From UHGV virus genome UHGV-1351279: a DNA stretch of 64,000 bases; one strand, written 5' to 3'. Positions 13,601 to 20,612 of this stretch are shown piece after piece. A program made the translations under genes and the position numbers. Source of the DNA: a virus. Every line of letters begins with the position of its first letter. Position 1 is the first letter of the stretch. The notes under the pieces are model-generated. The model was given only the letters and a program-made list of their open reading frames with translations. It did not search any database and was not told the origin of the DNA.

Positions 13601-15205
13601 AATAAAGGTTCAGAAGAAGCTTATAATCTTTGGAGGAGTAAGCCTAATAAAAGCACTTATAATGATTTTATAAATAAACTTAAAAGGTTTGAATCCCCTA
13701 TTGATACAGATAATAATGAAAAGACAGCACTTAGTGATAAGTATATTTCTATAAGGTATAATAGAGCAAATGGTAAGGCTTATAAACTATTTAAATTAGT
13801 AGATACTGAAATTACAGGAAGTGGTAGAGTACTTGTATATGAAGAGATAGCTGTTTTAGGTGATAATGGTTATAATGAGTATGATATGGAAGCTATTTAT
13901 AATGATGGTTCTTTAAATCCTGTTGGAGATATAGAACCTGCTGAACCTATTATAAGTGCTAAACCTTTAGATTTATCTGAAATACAGGAAACTACTGTAG
14001 GAGAATTGTTAGGAGCTGTATTCCAGAAAGAAAGTAAGCTTAAAGACTTAATGAATGATTTATTACCTTTTATAGATAAAGATGTAAAAGTAATATTCTC
14101 TGATAACTATAATGGTAAGAATGTATCTATAGCTACTTACATGTCTCAAGAAAATGTAATAGTAATCAATCCTATGATGAAGAATGATAATTTTGTCAAG
14201 AGACAACAACAATTAGCTAAGTCTGAAAATTATATACAAGAGGTAGTTCTTGAAGAGATAATACACAGCATTACTGTTAGTGAATTAAGTAAATGGGGAG
14301 TAAGACAAACTACTGAAGGAGGAAATCCTAAAGAGTTTAATTATGTAGTAAGAGATGATGCTCCTTTATATATCAAAAAGCTCAATGATTTATATGAATT
14401 AGCTAAATCTAAGATACCTTATGACCCAACAAATCATGCTACTTATCCTATGATGAATATTGCAGAGTTTGTAGCTGGTGTATTTTCTAATGGTAACTTC
14501 AGAGAACTCCTTGATAGTACTAAAGATGGGGGAGAAACATTACTTGATAAGTTTAGAAAACTCTTTAAGAATTTGATTACTTACTTAACAGGTAAGAAAT
14601 ACTCTGATGAGGTGATGACTACTGTTATGGAATTACTCAAAGCTAAAGGTAGAAGTACAGAGTTTGTAACTACAGATAGAAGTACCAAGGAGTTTAAGAA
14701 AGCTGAAGCAGCTGATAAAGTGAAGACTATTCTAAGACAACTTAAAGCTGAAGATGTTAATTTCAAAGATGAGTTATCACCATACTCTCCTAAGCAACTT
14801 AGTCAATATGCTTACAGAAAAGCTTTCTCTGATAATATAATTAATGATTTGAAAGCTGGTAAGACAATATTTGTAAATGAGAAAAACAGTAGAAATAATG
14901 TTGAGAAAAAGTATATTCAAGATATTATAGACCTTATTTTAACTGTACCTGGAATGAATGAGGATAACAAAGGAGAAGCTATGGAATACAAAAAAGTAAG
15001 AAATGATTTGTATATGTTGAAAATAAAAGATACTTTTGCAGAGAAACTTGCTAAATTGGATTCTGTATCTCCAGAGAATTTTGATTACACAGGATTTAAT
15101 TTACAGCAAGCTATAAATCATATTATGAAAGAGAACCCTTCATTTACAACAAAGGATTTAAAGAATAAATTAAAAGAAATTGGTCTTATAAAAGAAGATT
15201 GCTAA
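1679..15205 (+). CDS. giant virion-packaged RNA polymerase-like protein (crAss-like gp66 type), 4508 aa
   Basis: Single 13.5 kb ORF. DYDID (DxDxD) at nt 11171-11185 resembles the double-psi beta-barrel metal-binding motif of the crAss-like virion RNAP. K/E-rich coiled-coil segment ~3780-4050, acidic segment ~4270-4440, PT-rich linker ~6460-6520. Confidence 0.55.
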   Translation: MEKPSNNDKKVALNSLFNAIDRTVQEDSRKRVGGHKTVRDLEKTLGIKANSISTYNDQMSEVKRLVGADAFVDTGIDYTQNLAANQSDSEAFTRGAAMLGKGFVSGALQSFASWDFGSIRDMATGDTSKEFGNALTESSLAKWAKDMTGLEIYQNGDDFGSSKYWARFIGQQGFTLGIMAEMALEQGLLAYVTGGAGNVAGAASKSRLIYNLLTGVNGLYGGVREAWMNGLETQENTYNKYIQLGFDQETAKKRASEAAAIGFRMEVGPIMLLNGIQSMATFGRFASKGLNKALEESMDFGVSSAVGKLGSIFEKSSNKFVRNAGMLFTDSVSEGVEEGYQTWAGNYAQDELQKRHLGFGTDEPFWNEEMRDSILMGALSGGMMAGFGKAVQKFGDWYSGRSKAINEATEAFMKDVTSNSVTAIKELNDASLAYQKAFETYNKDKTKDNRKAMNEAKKNLIIAQEKQGTAQVLEAMELDHLKGNENNEVFNAHIEQIDNAIKALQSNDTDKLKGLGFIDENGQSVTGLTNAEMIKMLQSDKDKALKTKKRFEDHYQHTTTDLGTIKKLVTIETKIDTFEEMKKEVEGKIGNYRNGNQVYSQLSEDGKELYGLYLRKNALEGLKERGGISKNQEVELDTINHKLQSIADANGKKNVNDLYSVQDANILRRDMIGIQAQQENYIEHYAYETEIDKLYESLEHNSKQDVIKQNIKERRKAQREAAKAVRDFNKLEREQEKERKRLEKEKAKAKNKEEKEKAQKEIDELAKEQKETQEKKDKAQKIESIENETGNKASDTEKEELINNGNFIYAEEDTAYKFDFEEGIVPEEPTKEPTETTDNAVEEAMSLKELIAKGLIKLGVPTPADVSPFDDDGVDIDANNEDFAFTPIDDSEPVIYTEPFEIIDFDANANLEGDFESRRETAIKFVQEILKELGLDEPDFEDYIKYFIDRKGKKITDDVFPGLVKMWELAGYSLDNVNSVYDKFFNTATAASDFALELMNNGTLVNKFNEGSEATAIASQAPVIATKGNKVIRDDRGTLGAGLEVIEDTATENPNPKAAHLGVKYETVTLPNGVKAKRYSEVELNNDPFIDNHLVLDKDFLSPGRVLDVRVAEDALVTVWDKDSNGNKIKKTVKFKDLGLQPGTPEYNAKVPIVAYYGDKPVFFLHDHEWYNRTNISNRHGMQDQIIKDGSRMINEVRRQILEGGKTQIKITDNLFGNMLNLSNAAREKDQQPITLNEASKGSQIVIAEKTNTIKAGGELVPTTDLVNDFEKNPLIPGAAYEIREIGDGKKILLSVASNRTGELDSMPDIGYNTVKFGIIAAFYLLNKNDSRFESTTAGITKKNNVVHPTIEIKNADGTVEKRIVTVKQKLESMGMTEDKAKKIADAIHIAYGIDILEDAHLLFELFTTTATGKTSKQQFFQNATNPNNKQKVILLPKKSSEGKISVNYHVKGYSTAPVTLSGKNLNAIEMKLNVKPDDQEGFISFFNFMNALFRPSKEDAEKGITKGAFSYNNFMPNDKQLGSEKTLVNITNNGEITSYQSTNGNSTYSDFAKDTLKTNIKSFEIEGADGNKKSILDIQPMIYYEVVDGEVTAPQATSAPNVTPITPTITPPKQEVNVGQVVTAAKEEGEQSDFTKRKAEALKSVEEMKKLIGTEVGGKIFTEEMYKNALDFALSEFNEDHDASVSITMNQYHLIQSTKNNRIDGISILEENELLNTLFYSTLERVNLNKHEVTLSSIQRSLYNSLKIIEESKEQFEIMAKINPVLASRMSARVEKLKAILNQKEKLIGKDGSLMIMLNRFFGEEIEFNEEALEDSDESIISIQDGDGTEKNYSESSLEKNVKITFSSSLKILLARVKAKNNQGTNKLNSLQLPMFEDIDNVVMTLQEVLVKGNSDFDFVLQELKNRGKSTRPNAQVYAELHRLFADAPKHIQNEILYKMTSDVLSMYMILMQEGAYNNYTKLALQNANSSASDIRLVREWKNNFLNSELFFEKDGEKYYNMERVDLLNKEINSLRNDYKELLVDNPEHVQKLNSVLRKLGINLSENTLKELLSTEGNNLLSNVGSLSHIQRVLYEVNSFYQTPRKDPNTGKEIHINPKYTDEGLSLYDVEATNIRNNYANLEIDLNGSIIEKSYRVAGKTIQGTIQKMMAYDAVFELKDSSNPKAEQLLQVPYSSRNYMLRMMVPEDSKKEDSVRKAEEIRNRFDIGFVSLEAIKERHKKTFGSRKITDIPDTDNVLAQLGFFQNTVKKLTHKIPGYKSLSFRLAKVMNPTLSDKNQMLLYDMAVVDVTNSVLSNTFADKGNKYNIGEDLLNFLTDQIFESELDRIISSFKEKTNIKKYDKAAQFFLAFPGFNTLELTMEDGTKMSLIEFLHINKGLAKGEENIAIKRPAIREAAKQYLADLVKEKVKDKVNFDNNTGEWFDNNFISFDEKGVNFENNFLDDSYLASKVKGSPEKSVEVAAYDFVINNMLAQNNVYQMIAGDTALYSENPSKFADKKEPKNISKIDFVGLAKKTAENIDKRMAMLIAPGNKLANSLHEKYLQIMVNDPVTITSTSRQLIKQYYGEVTKENEQVIAAIEEFEEKAEKARGVYLDELRNEYNNKYVKINDKFVSVDSDGEIHYSDSIEAAESLGKVLKGVDGYQTFLKENNKEIGDYFDIEGTDAQELTTWQEHLDILLRQGRLTEEERNDIKAVYDKLSKGETLDSKELKVVMQPIKPVYAGSTIVRNDKNEPIVNRVTYIKSSSFPLLPQLTAGLKIDAVRKHMEKLQEHHKGNRKVRLSFQTANKVGSIDSTLSIHDLYNKTFDELFNKSTLLNDNTLELERKHFKIQQDTPYKTDKNMAKGKDDSIIMGSQMWKIILGNGINKIEEAIFPNTFDAAIINEYNSQVSEKDRVVINSTKSNLTGKDLDKIKSYVENKYIRNEKDKLYRQLGLDPETNRPKDEAKFMKTLQELLISEAKSRNYTDGLLDGLEVFEDLEKIDFNIPLWLSSGSNKFEALLQAIISNRLIVLKLPGNSHYTSSSEGFSFRKEDIVSLESINENKKSGIVWLDPNHTGELRATTNENGTLKEAEVLIQSKFRITKEDGTTELIDLTKTPYSEEDKATGKKVLNKEMIDQALLSMFSFRIPTSSHQSGAILKVVGFLPEASGDLIVVPKEHTKQIGEDYDIDKRNIYKSNYVVRENGKIEKLTSANIEEIVKKKTKNLQTQIDALYDAVGKEFANNNKVNEDLSYLSIDELRDMVYDVFGIDLDEEGIIDDKEVRKVAKENILKKNAEKIKTLHDSKHKLQWNKYFVEKTTRESLEKKLLENAMIDVYKSVYLTTNDKVQKKINKVLSFEVAGETAKLIDKKLNSMESTKYFTIYDDSYQRKLMRLGSTGKLGISVHSNTVTFLSQIQRLDKPIIVKRTVYDEKGKPRLVNSEMELDGLPSDGTLGGFNNEFKTLDGMRLISDVVGENQNSATDNVKAQIMGKRNENAYTINVLTMLNLRGYDMTKNPVTLDNGKKQHLQLTSLFLSQPILRRYVELQEKYKSLTSGYVKDKENEIIRQLIREFDIIIPDSTLNKFNNEGVIFNEEELRIHEKQITGQGLYNGLIDNKNTQNTTMQLAVLQTFLNLKRESEEIGEYQKLISMNSTKLGISYFNTLDRIEILRKLNNEQKFENIQSLVGDFEVVDFDLPNEVIKERIRELKDDGYVLFNYITPIAIKPTTPEGTMLIHSLKTSESVFDKLYPYKSATVKDIIEKITEIAGKTDLRGEALNDLRYTIMQEFKEFIYSSKNSGLFEDATVREERERLFFDRAGNESLASFINRLQKMDNNFLKNNEFIRSLQADVSLTGGVSTIKNLFEEMDKFSQSNRYNDYLKMLQDNDTIIGEWNGYKVTPFQLAQELATYAYFADQEGGATGFRNNINANYLNVIGFSKYLRDVNNEIFGTIVTDAFSDKFVEQFFQHNPDQAITLSQDKLKKLIGAKDKFESILINKGSEEAYNLWRSKPNKSTYNDFINKLKRFESPIDTDNNEKTALSDKYISIRYNRANGKAYKLFKLVDTEITGSGRVLVYEEIAVLGDNGYNEYDMEAIYNDGSLNPVGDIEPAEPIISAKPLDLSEIQETTVGELLGAVFQKESKLKDLMNDLLPFIDKDVKVIFSDNYNGKNVSIATYMSQENVIVINPMMKNDNFVKRQQQLAKSENYIQEVVLEEIIHSITVSELSKWGVRQTTEGGNPKEFNYVVRDDAPLYIKKLNDLYELAKSKIPYDPTNHATYPMMNIAEFVAGVFSNGNFRELLDSTKDGGETLLDKFRKLFKNLITYLTGKKYSDEVMTTVMELLKAKGRSTEFVTTDRSTKEFKKAEAADKVKTILRQLKAEDVNFKDELSPYSPKQLSQYAYRKAFSDNIINDLKAGKTIFVNEKNSRNNVEKKYIQDIIDLILTVPGMNEDNKGEAMEYKKVRNDLYMLKIKDTFAEKLAKLDSVSPENFDYTGFNLQQAINHIMKENPSFTTKDLKNKLKEIGLIKEDC

Positions 15206-18200
15206 TGAGTACTTGTAAAGTAGAATTTAAAGGTTTTAATATTGATTCAAGTAGTTTAGATAACTACTTGAATCAATTTACCATTGATGGTAAACAAAAG
15301 ATAGATGGGGCTAAAAACACCATAAGCTATTTATTAAGTAATGCAAAAGACAATAAGTTAGGAGTACTTAAACTTGCTCTTAACTCTAATAAAGCATACA
15401 TTAAAGATTTAGCTAATATGATGCTTAATACTAATAGAAAATTCTATGCTGAGGTAGAGATAAACAACAACCTTAAAGGGTTTTCTAAGTATAATGCTAA
15501 TGACAATAAAATCTATATCAATGTAGATGCTATATCACAGAGGTTTTCTGAAAGTGCAGAGGAATATTTGTATGAAAGAATAGTTCATGACTTTATACAA
15601 GGATTTGCAAATAGAGAGCTAAAAAAAGCATATGAAGATGCTAATAGAGACTCTCCTTATATGAAGAATATAATCAACTTGTTTAAAGAATATTCAAAGA
15701 GTGTAGACCTTAAGGAATATAATGTATTCAAGGATAGTGTAAATAAAGAACCTTTGTTGGACCCAAGAAGTGAAAGAAGTCTTATAAGAGAGGGTTATGC
15801 TGAAGAGACTTACAGAGCTATTACTAATCCTGCTGAGTTCTTATCTTATGGTTTGTCTAATAGTGAGTTTAGAAATACACTGAGAAAGCAAAACTTATGG
15901 CAAAAGTTTGTTTCTTTGTTAAAAGACCTTTTAGGTATATCTCAAGATAATAATGACTTAGAGTACCTTTATAAAAACTTAGATAGTTATTTAAAACAAG
16001 ATGACCCTTATACATTACATAGTGGAGGTGCAATTGGAGCTGATACTGTTTGGGGCCAGATAGGTAAACAATTTGGTATATCAGAAGAAAATCAAAGACA
16101 TTATAAAACTGCTGATATGCCTAATGGTAATACTCAAATAACTGAGCAAGATTATAGAGAAGGTAGAAAAGAAGCAGCTAAAGCAGCTAATAGAATGTTT
16201 GGTTATGACAAAACTGAAGTAAACATGGGTTTGCTTATAAGAAATTGGTCTCAAGTAAAATATTCTGAAGCTGTATATGCTGTTGGAAGATTAGTTCCAG
16301 CTGGAGAGAATGCTTTTCCTGATAATAAAAAAGAAGATACAAGAATTGCAAAAAACCCTACTGTAACAGGAGGTACAGGTTATGCTGTAAATATGGCTAT
16401 TCTTAATAATAAACCTGTGTATGTATATAATCAGTATGACAATCCAACTTACCCAAAAGGTTGGTATAAATATGATTCTAATATAAATGATTATGTACCT
16501 ACAGAGACACCTACACTTACAAGACACTTTGCTGGTATAGGTACAAGAAATATCAATGAAGATGGTGAAAAAGCTATTCAAGATACTTATGAAAAAACTT
16601 TCAATAAAAAACAACAAACAGGTTCTCAGAGTAGTACAGATAGTAATATAAAAGTAGAACAACAAAATAGATATTCTGTACAAGATGTGAGAAATAATCC
16701 TGACAAAATATTTGTATTTGGTGATAACTCCATAAGACAAGGTACAGGAGGTCAAGCTCAAATAAGAAATGAGCCTAATGCAGTTGGTATAATGACTAAA
16801 AAGTTTCCAAGAAATACACCTGATGCCTTTTTATATGATAGTGAATATGCAGAAAATATTAAGAGAATAAATGAAGATATAGAGAACTTAAAGCAAAAAG
16901 TAAAAGGTAAAACTGTAGTTTTTCCTACAGATGGTATTGGTACTAATTTAGCTGATATAGCTCATACAGCACCAAGAACTATGGAGTATCTTATAAATAG
17001 ATTAAGAGAAGAGTTTGGACTAAAAGATTCAGACCCTTTTATAAAATCTATGCTTAATAAACTAAATGAAGCAAGAAATGGTTTTGGACAAAAAATGCTT
17101 ATAGATGGAGAAATTTATTCATATAATGTAGATAAATTAAAAGCTTATAAACACACATTTGTTGGTTCAGGTATAAATGCTAAACAAAATGCTACTGAAG
17201 TTACTGACCCTAATTTAATAAAAAAAATATCTGATAAGTATTTTGAAACAGATAATAATAATAATAATGAAAGTAATACATCCGATAAAGTAGATGATAT
17301 ATTAAATGAGTTTGAGTTTTTAAAAACAAATGACCCAGAGCAAAGTAAAGAAGTTGAGATATTAGAACCTTTTGGAGTGTTTCCAAAAAATACAGGTTTC
17401 CTAATTGTACATACTCCAAGCGCAAAAGGTAATACTGTTGTTAGAATAAAAACAAAAGATGGTAAATACTATCAGTATGAAATAGTTAAAGTTGGTGCTG
17501 GTGAATCAGTTTCTGTTTTTAAGTTTGACAAAGAGGGTGATAGATATGTAAAAAAATCTTTAGAATTAAATGAAAAAAACTCTTTCATTAAAAGCTTTGT
17601 AATAAAATTTGTTGGAATAAGTAATGAGCAAGCAAACAGAGAGGATATAAAAAGTATCTTTACAAAAGCTTTAGCATTTTTGACTAATAAATCTAAGAAT
17701 AAAGAAGGGTATAGAGAGCTACTCAATAATGAGTTTGTAAAGAGTGACTTGCTACACATACATAATGTAAATTTACAAGACACAATAGCACAAATTAATT
17801 CATTAAAAGCTGATGATAAAGTTGAAGTTGATAGGATTAATTATCTTTTAGATTATCTTACAAATGATTTAAATAACAACGATAAAATATGGTATTTTGG
17901 TAGGTATGCTGAAAATGATTTATTTGGTCTTTTAGTTAATGAAGAAAAACTTACAAAACTTTCATCAGAAGATGCACTCTTAAAGTATGAAGAACTTAAA
18001 CAGCTATTATCAAGAAAATTTAAAGAGCTTGTATATGATTACAATGGTGATGTAAAAAAATGGCTATTTTCTTTATTAGATGAAAAAGAATTAGATGGTG
18101 ATTTACTGAACAAGTTAAGAGAGTTGAGAGGTGATGAAGAAACAATAACTCCTACACAACCTACACCTCCTCCAGCACCAAAAGAACGTTATGGAGAAGA

Positions 18201-20601
18201 ATTTCAAGTAGACCAATTTGTATTTTCTTATAATCCTGAGACAGGTAAGTACTATCAGCATTTTAAATCTAAAAAAGGAGAAGTAAAAGAACTTACTAAT
18301 GAAAAGCAACAAAACAAAACTTTTTTAAAGTACATAGAAAAACACCCTGAGCATGCTGAAATAGTAACTTATGAAAATACAGGTAATAAATATGTTTATG
18401 ATAAGAAAAGAGATAAAGTAATATCTTTATCTACAGCAGACACCATAGTTCAACCTGATATTGTTGATAAAGTAAAAAACCATGAAAAATACGCAAGGGA
18501 AGAAAAGATAGAAGGTTTAAAGAAATACATAAAACAATATTTAAAAGATTTCAAGGATATGTCTTTTGCAAGACTTTATCAATTATTGATTAATCAAGGT
18601 ACTATAACTCATGAAGATGCACATGATTTTTCTGAAGCTTTTAATCAAGCTCAACAAGAAATAAATGAAGAAAAAAATACAAGAGTCTATAAATTAAAAA
18701 GCCAACTCCCCAGTGATGTATTAGAGTATTTAAAAAATACAATAAGTGAGTACTATGATAAAAATGATAGCAAAGATGTAAACACTATCTACAGAGATTT
18801 TATGAAATCCCGTGAAGGTAAGAATGGAGGTTTTATATTTGATGTACATGGTTTGGGTAGTTTTAATATACATAATGATATATTTACAGAGCTTTTTAAA
18901 GAAATAAAAAAAGAAAAAGAGCTTGAAAAAGAAGCTAAAAAACCCCCTCAATATGAACACTCATTTTCTTACAAAGGTATAACAATACCTACTAAATTTC
19001 AATTATCAGAAGAGCAAGAACAGGCTCTTATAACTCTTATAGAAAATATTACAAGTGGAGATACAGAACCTATAACTTTAAGTGGCTATGCTGGTACTGG
19101 CAAAACTTCTGTGATAGGATATTTGGAAGATTATTTAAAAAGGAAAAGAGGTTATAAATTTCTTTATGGCGCACCTACACATGCTGCTACACTATATTTA
19201 GGTTATAACACTAAGAAAATGCCTTTTACAATTGCTTCTTCTGTTGTAAAAAGAATAGATGATTTTGGTAATGTAACTTACACAACATCTTCAAAAGTTG
19301 ACCAAGCATTATCAGACTACGACCAGAATATCTTTGTAGTAGATGAAGTTTCTCTAATGGATTCAACCACTATGGATAATTTCCTTTCTGTAATGGATAG
19401 AAAAGGTGTAAAAGTTATATTCATGGGGGATAAAATGCAATTACCTGAAGTAGCATCTAAAGGAAAAATAAACCCTGAAACAAAAAATTCTATAAAAGAT
19501 GTTTCTAAGGCTTTTACTGATTTTAAATTAATACAATTATCTCAAGTACAAAGAACAAAAGATAACTCAATTTTGAGGGTTCTAACAGAGATTAGGAATA
19601 ATCCTGATGGTGTATTACCTGTTGTAGATAATACAGAGACTCTACAGTTTTTTAATAAAGATGATAACACTAAAGGTTTTTACAAAGGGTTTAGAACAGC
19701 TTATGAAGCAGACCCTGAAGAAGCTATTTATATTACTTATACCAATGAAGATGTAAAGAACTTCAATAAATCTTTTAGAAAAGCTTTTTATGGTGAAGAT
19801 GTAGATGGCTTAGTTGAAGGTGAATCTGTAATAGGATACTCTGGTTACAACAATAAAAAGATTAAGTCAAATGACTTAGCAAACAGTATAAAATACACTG
19901 TAGATGATATTAGTTATGATGGTTCTGAAGTAAAAATAACATTAAAATCTAATGCTATACAAAAATTAGCTGATTTGCATTCACCAAATAGAGAGAATGA
20001 TAAAACTGTACAAACTACTTATTTACAGATGTCCAGAACAGACTCTTTAGATATGAAAAATCTTACAGATAAAGATTTTTTAAAGAATAATAGTAAACTA
20101 TCTGAAATATTTAGAGATGTCTATGATTTGAAGAAGATGGCTTTAGGAACAAACAGATGGAAAGATTTTAGTGAGACACTTGCTAAGATTACAGGGGGAC
20201 TTGCTAAATTAGAGATTGGAGATGATTATTTCTACAATCCATATACAAATATGATGGAAAAAGAAAGCTCTGTAAATTGGTCTAATCCTCAAATGGCTAA
20301 TCTAAAAAAGAATTATAAAGAGCTTTTTATGAGTAAGAGTATTGACTATGGTTATGGTATAACTATACATAAAGCACAAGGAGCTACTTATAAGAATGTA
20401 TTCTTTAATTCTACATCAACGGAATTTGCTAAAACAGAAATCCATGAAAATGGAATGCAAATAAGTACAGAAGGTAACTCTCTTAACTATGTAGCTATGT
20501 CAAGAGCAAGTGAGAAACTTTTTGTTCTTCACTCTAATAATATAAAAAGATTAAACAATGATGACTCTATAGAGTTGTCAAAAAATTGCAGTGTATTCTA
20601 A
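15205..20601 (+). CDS. giant virion cargo protein with C-terminal Dda/RecD-like SF1 helicase domain (~18964-20601)
   Basis: ATG at 15205 overlaps the upstream TAA (TAATG coupling); the track start at 15199 is TTG. Walker A GYAGTGKTS at ~19085-19111. Motif-VI-like ITIHKAQGATY. Collinear ~50-65% aa identity with the standalone helicase at 28684..30255. Gly-rich Rossmann-like motifs HSGGAIGAD (~16021-16060) and FGDNSIRQGTGGQA (~16711-16760). Confidence 0.6.
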   Translation: MSTCKVEFKGFNIDSSSLDNYLNQFTIDGKQKIDGAKNTISYLLSNAKDNKLGVLKLALNSNKAYIKDLANMMLNTNRKFYAEVEINNNLKGFSKYNANDNKIYINVDAISQRFSESAEEYLYERIVHDFIQGFANRELKKAYEDANRDSPYMKNIINLFKEYSKSVDLKEYNVFKDSVNKEPLLDPRSERSLIREGYAEETYRAITNPAEFLSYGLSNSEFRNTLRKQNLWQKFVSLLKDLLGISQDNNDLEYLYKNLDSYLKQDDPYTLHSGGAIGADTVWGQIGKQFGISEENQRHYKTADMPNGNTQITEQDYREGRKEAAKAANRMFGYDKTEVNMGLLIRNWSQVKYSEAVYAVGRLVPAGENAFPDNKKEDTRIAKNPTVTGGTGYAVNMAILNNKPVYVYNQYDNPTYPKGWYKYDSNINDYVPTETPTLTRHFAGIGTRNINEDGEKAIQDTYEKTFNKKQQTGSQSSTDSNIKVEQQNRYSVQDVRNNPDKIFVFGDNSIRQGTGGQAQIRNEPNAVGIMTKKFPRNTPDAFLYDSEYAENIKRINEDIENLKQKVKGKTVVFPTDGIGTNLADIAHTAPRTMEYLINRLREEFGLKDSDPFIKSMLNKLNEARNGFGQKMLIDGEIYSYNVDKLKAYKHTFVGSGINAKQNATEVTDPNLIKKISDKYFETDNNNNNESNTSDKVDDILNEFEFLKTNDPEQSKEVEILEPFGVFPKNTGFLIVHTPSAKGNTVVRIKTKDGKYYQYEIVKVGAGESVSVFKFDKEGDRYVKKSLELNEKNSFIKSFVIKFVGISNEQANREDIKSIFTKALAFLTNKSKNKEGYRELLNNEFVKSDLLHIHNVNLQDTIAQINSLKADDKVEVDRINYLLDYLTNDLNNNDKIWYFGRYAENDLFGLLVNEEKLTKLSSEDALLKYEELKQLLSRKFKELVYDYNGDVKKWLFSLLDEKELDGDLLNKLRELRGDEETITPTQPTPPPAPKERYGEEFQVDQFVFSYNPETGKYYQHFKSKKGEVKELTNEKQQNKTFLKYIEKHPEHAEIVTYENTGNKYVYDKKRDKVISLSTADTIVQPDIVDKVKNHEKYAREEKIEGLKKYIKQYLKDFKDMSFARLYQLLINQGTITHEDAHDFSEAFNQAQQEINEEKNTRVYKLKSQLPSDVLEYLKNTISEYYDKNDSKDVNTIYRDFMKSREGKNGGFIFDVHGLGSFNIHNDIFTELFKEIKKEKELEKEAKKPPQYEHSFSYKGITIPTKFQLSEEQEQALITLIENITSGDTEPITLSGYAGTGKTSVIGYLEDYLKRKRGYKFLYGAPTHAATLYLGYNTKKMPFTIASSVVKRIDDFGNVTYTTSSKVDQALSDYDQNIFVVDEVSLMDSTTMDNFLSVMDRKGVKVIFMGDKMQLPEVASKGKINPETKNSIKDVSKAFTDFKLIQLSQVQRTKDNSILRVLTEIRNNPDGVLPVVDNTETLQFFNKDDNTKGFYKGFRTAYEADPEEAIYITYTNEDVKNFNKSFRKAFYGEDVDGLVEGESVIGYSGYNNKKIKSNDLANSIKYTVDDISYDGSEVKITLKSNAIQKLADLHSPNRENDKTVQTTYLQMSRTDSLDMKNLTDKDFLKNNSKLSEIFRDVYDLKKMALGTNRWKDFSETLAKITGGLAKLEIGDDYFYNPYTNMMEKESSVNWSNPQMANLKKNYKELFMSKSIDYGYGITIHKAQGATYKNVFFNSTSTEFAKTEIHENGMQISTEGNSLNYVAMSRASEKLFVLHSNNIKRLNNDDSIELSKNCSVF

Positions 20602-20612
20602 AATAAAATAAT

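Noticed and set aside
491-14766. Eleven short minus-strand ORFs (61-92 aa) inside the 1-1677 and 4508-aa genes (491..769, 837..1043, 1909..2118, 2722..2916, 3380..3601, 4250..4459, 5654..5845, 8713..8934, 10259..10471, 12620..12820, 13331..13546, 14581..14766)
   Set aside because: All are antisense to long, clearly coding plus-strand ORFs. Their low-complexity I/F/Y/L-rich translations are what AT-rich antisense frames give by chance. No start-context or packing logic supports them.
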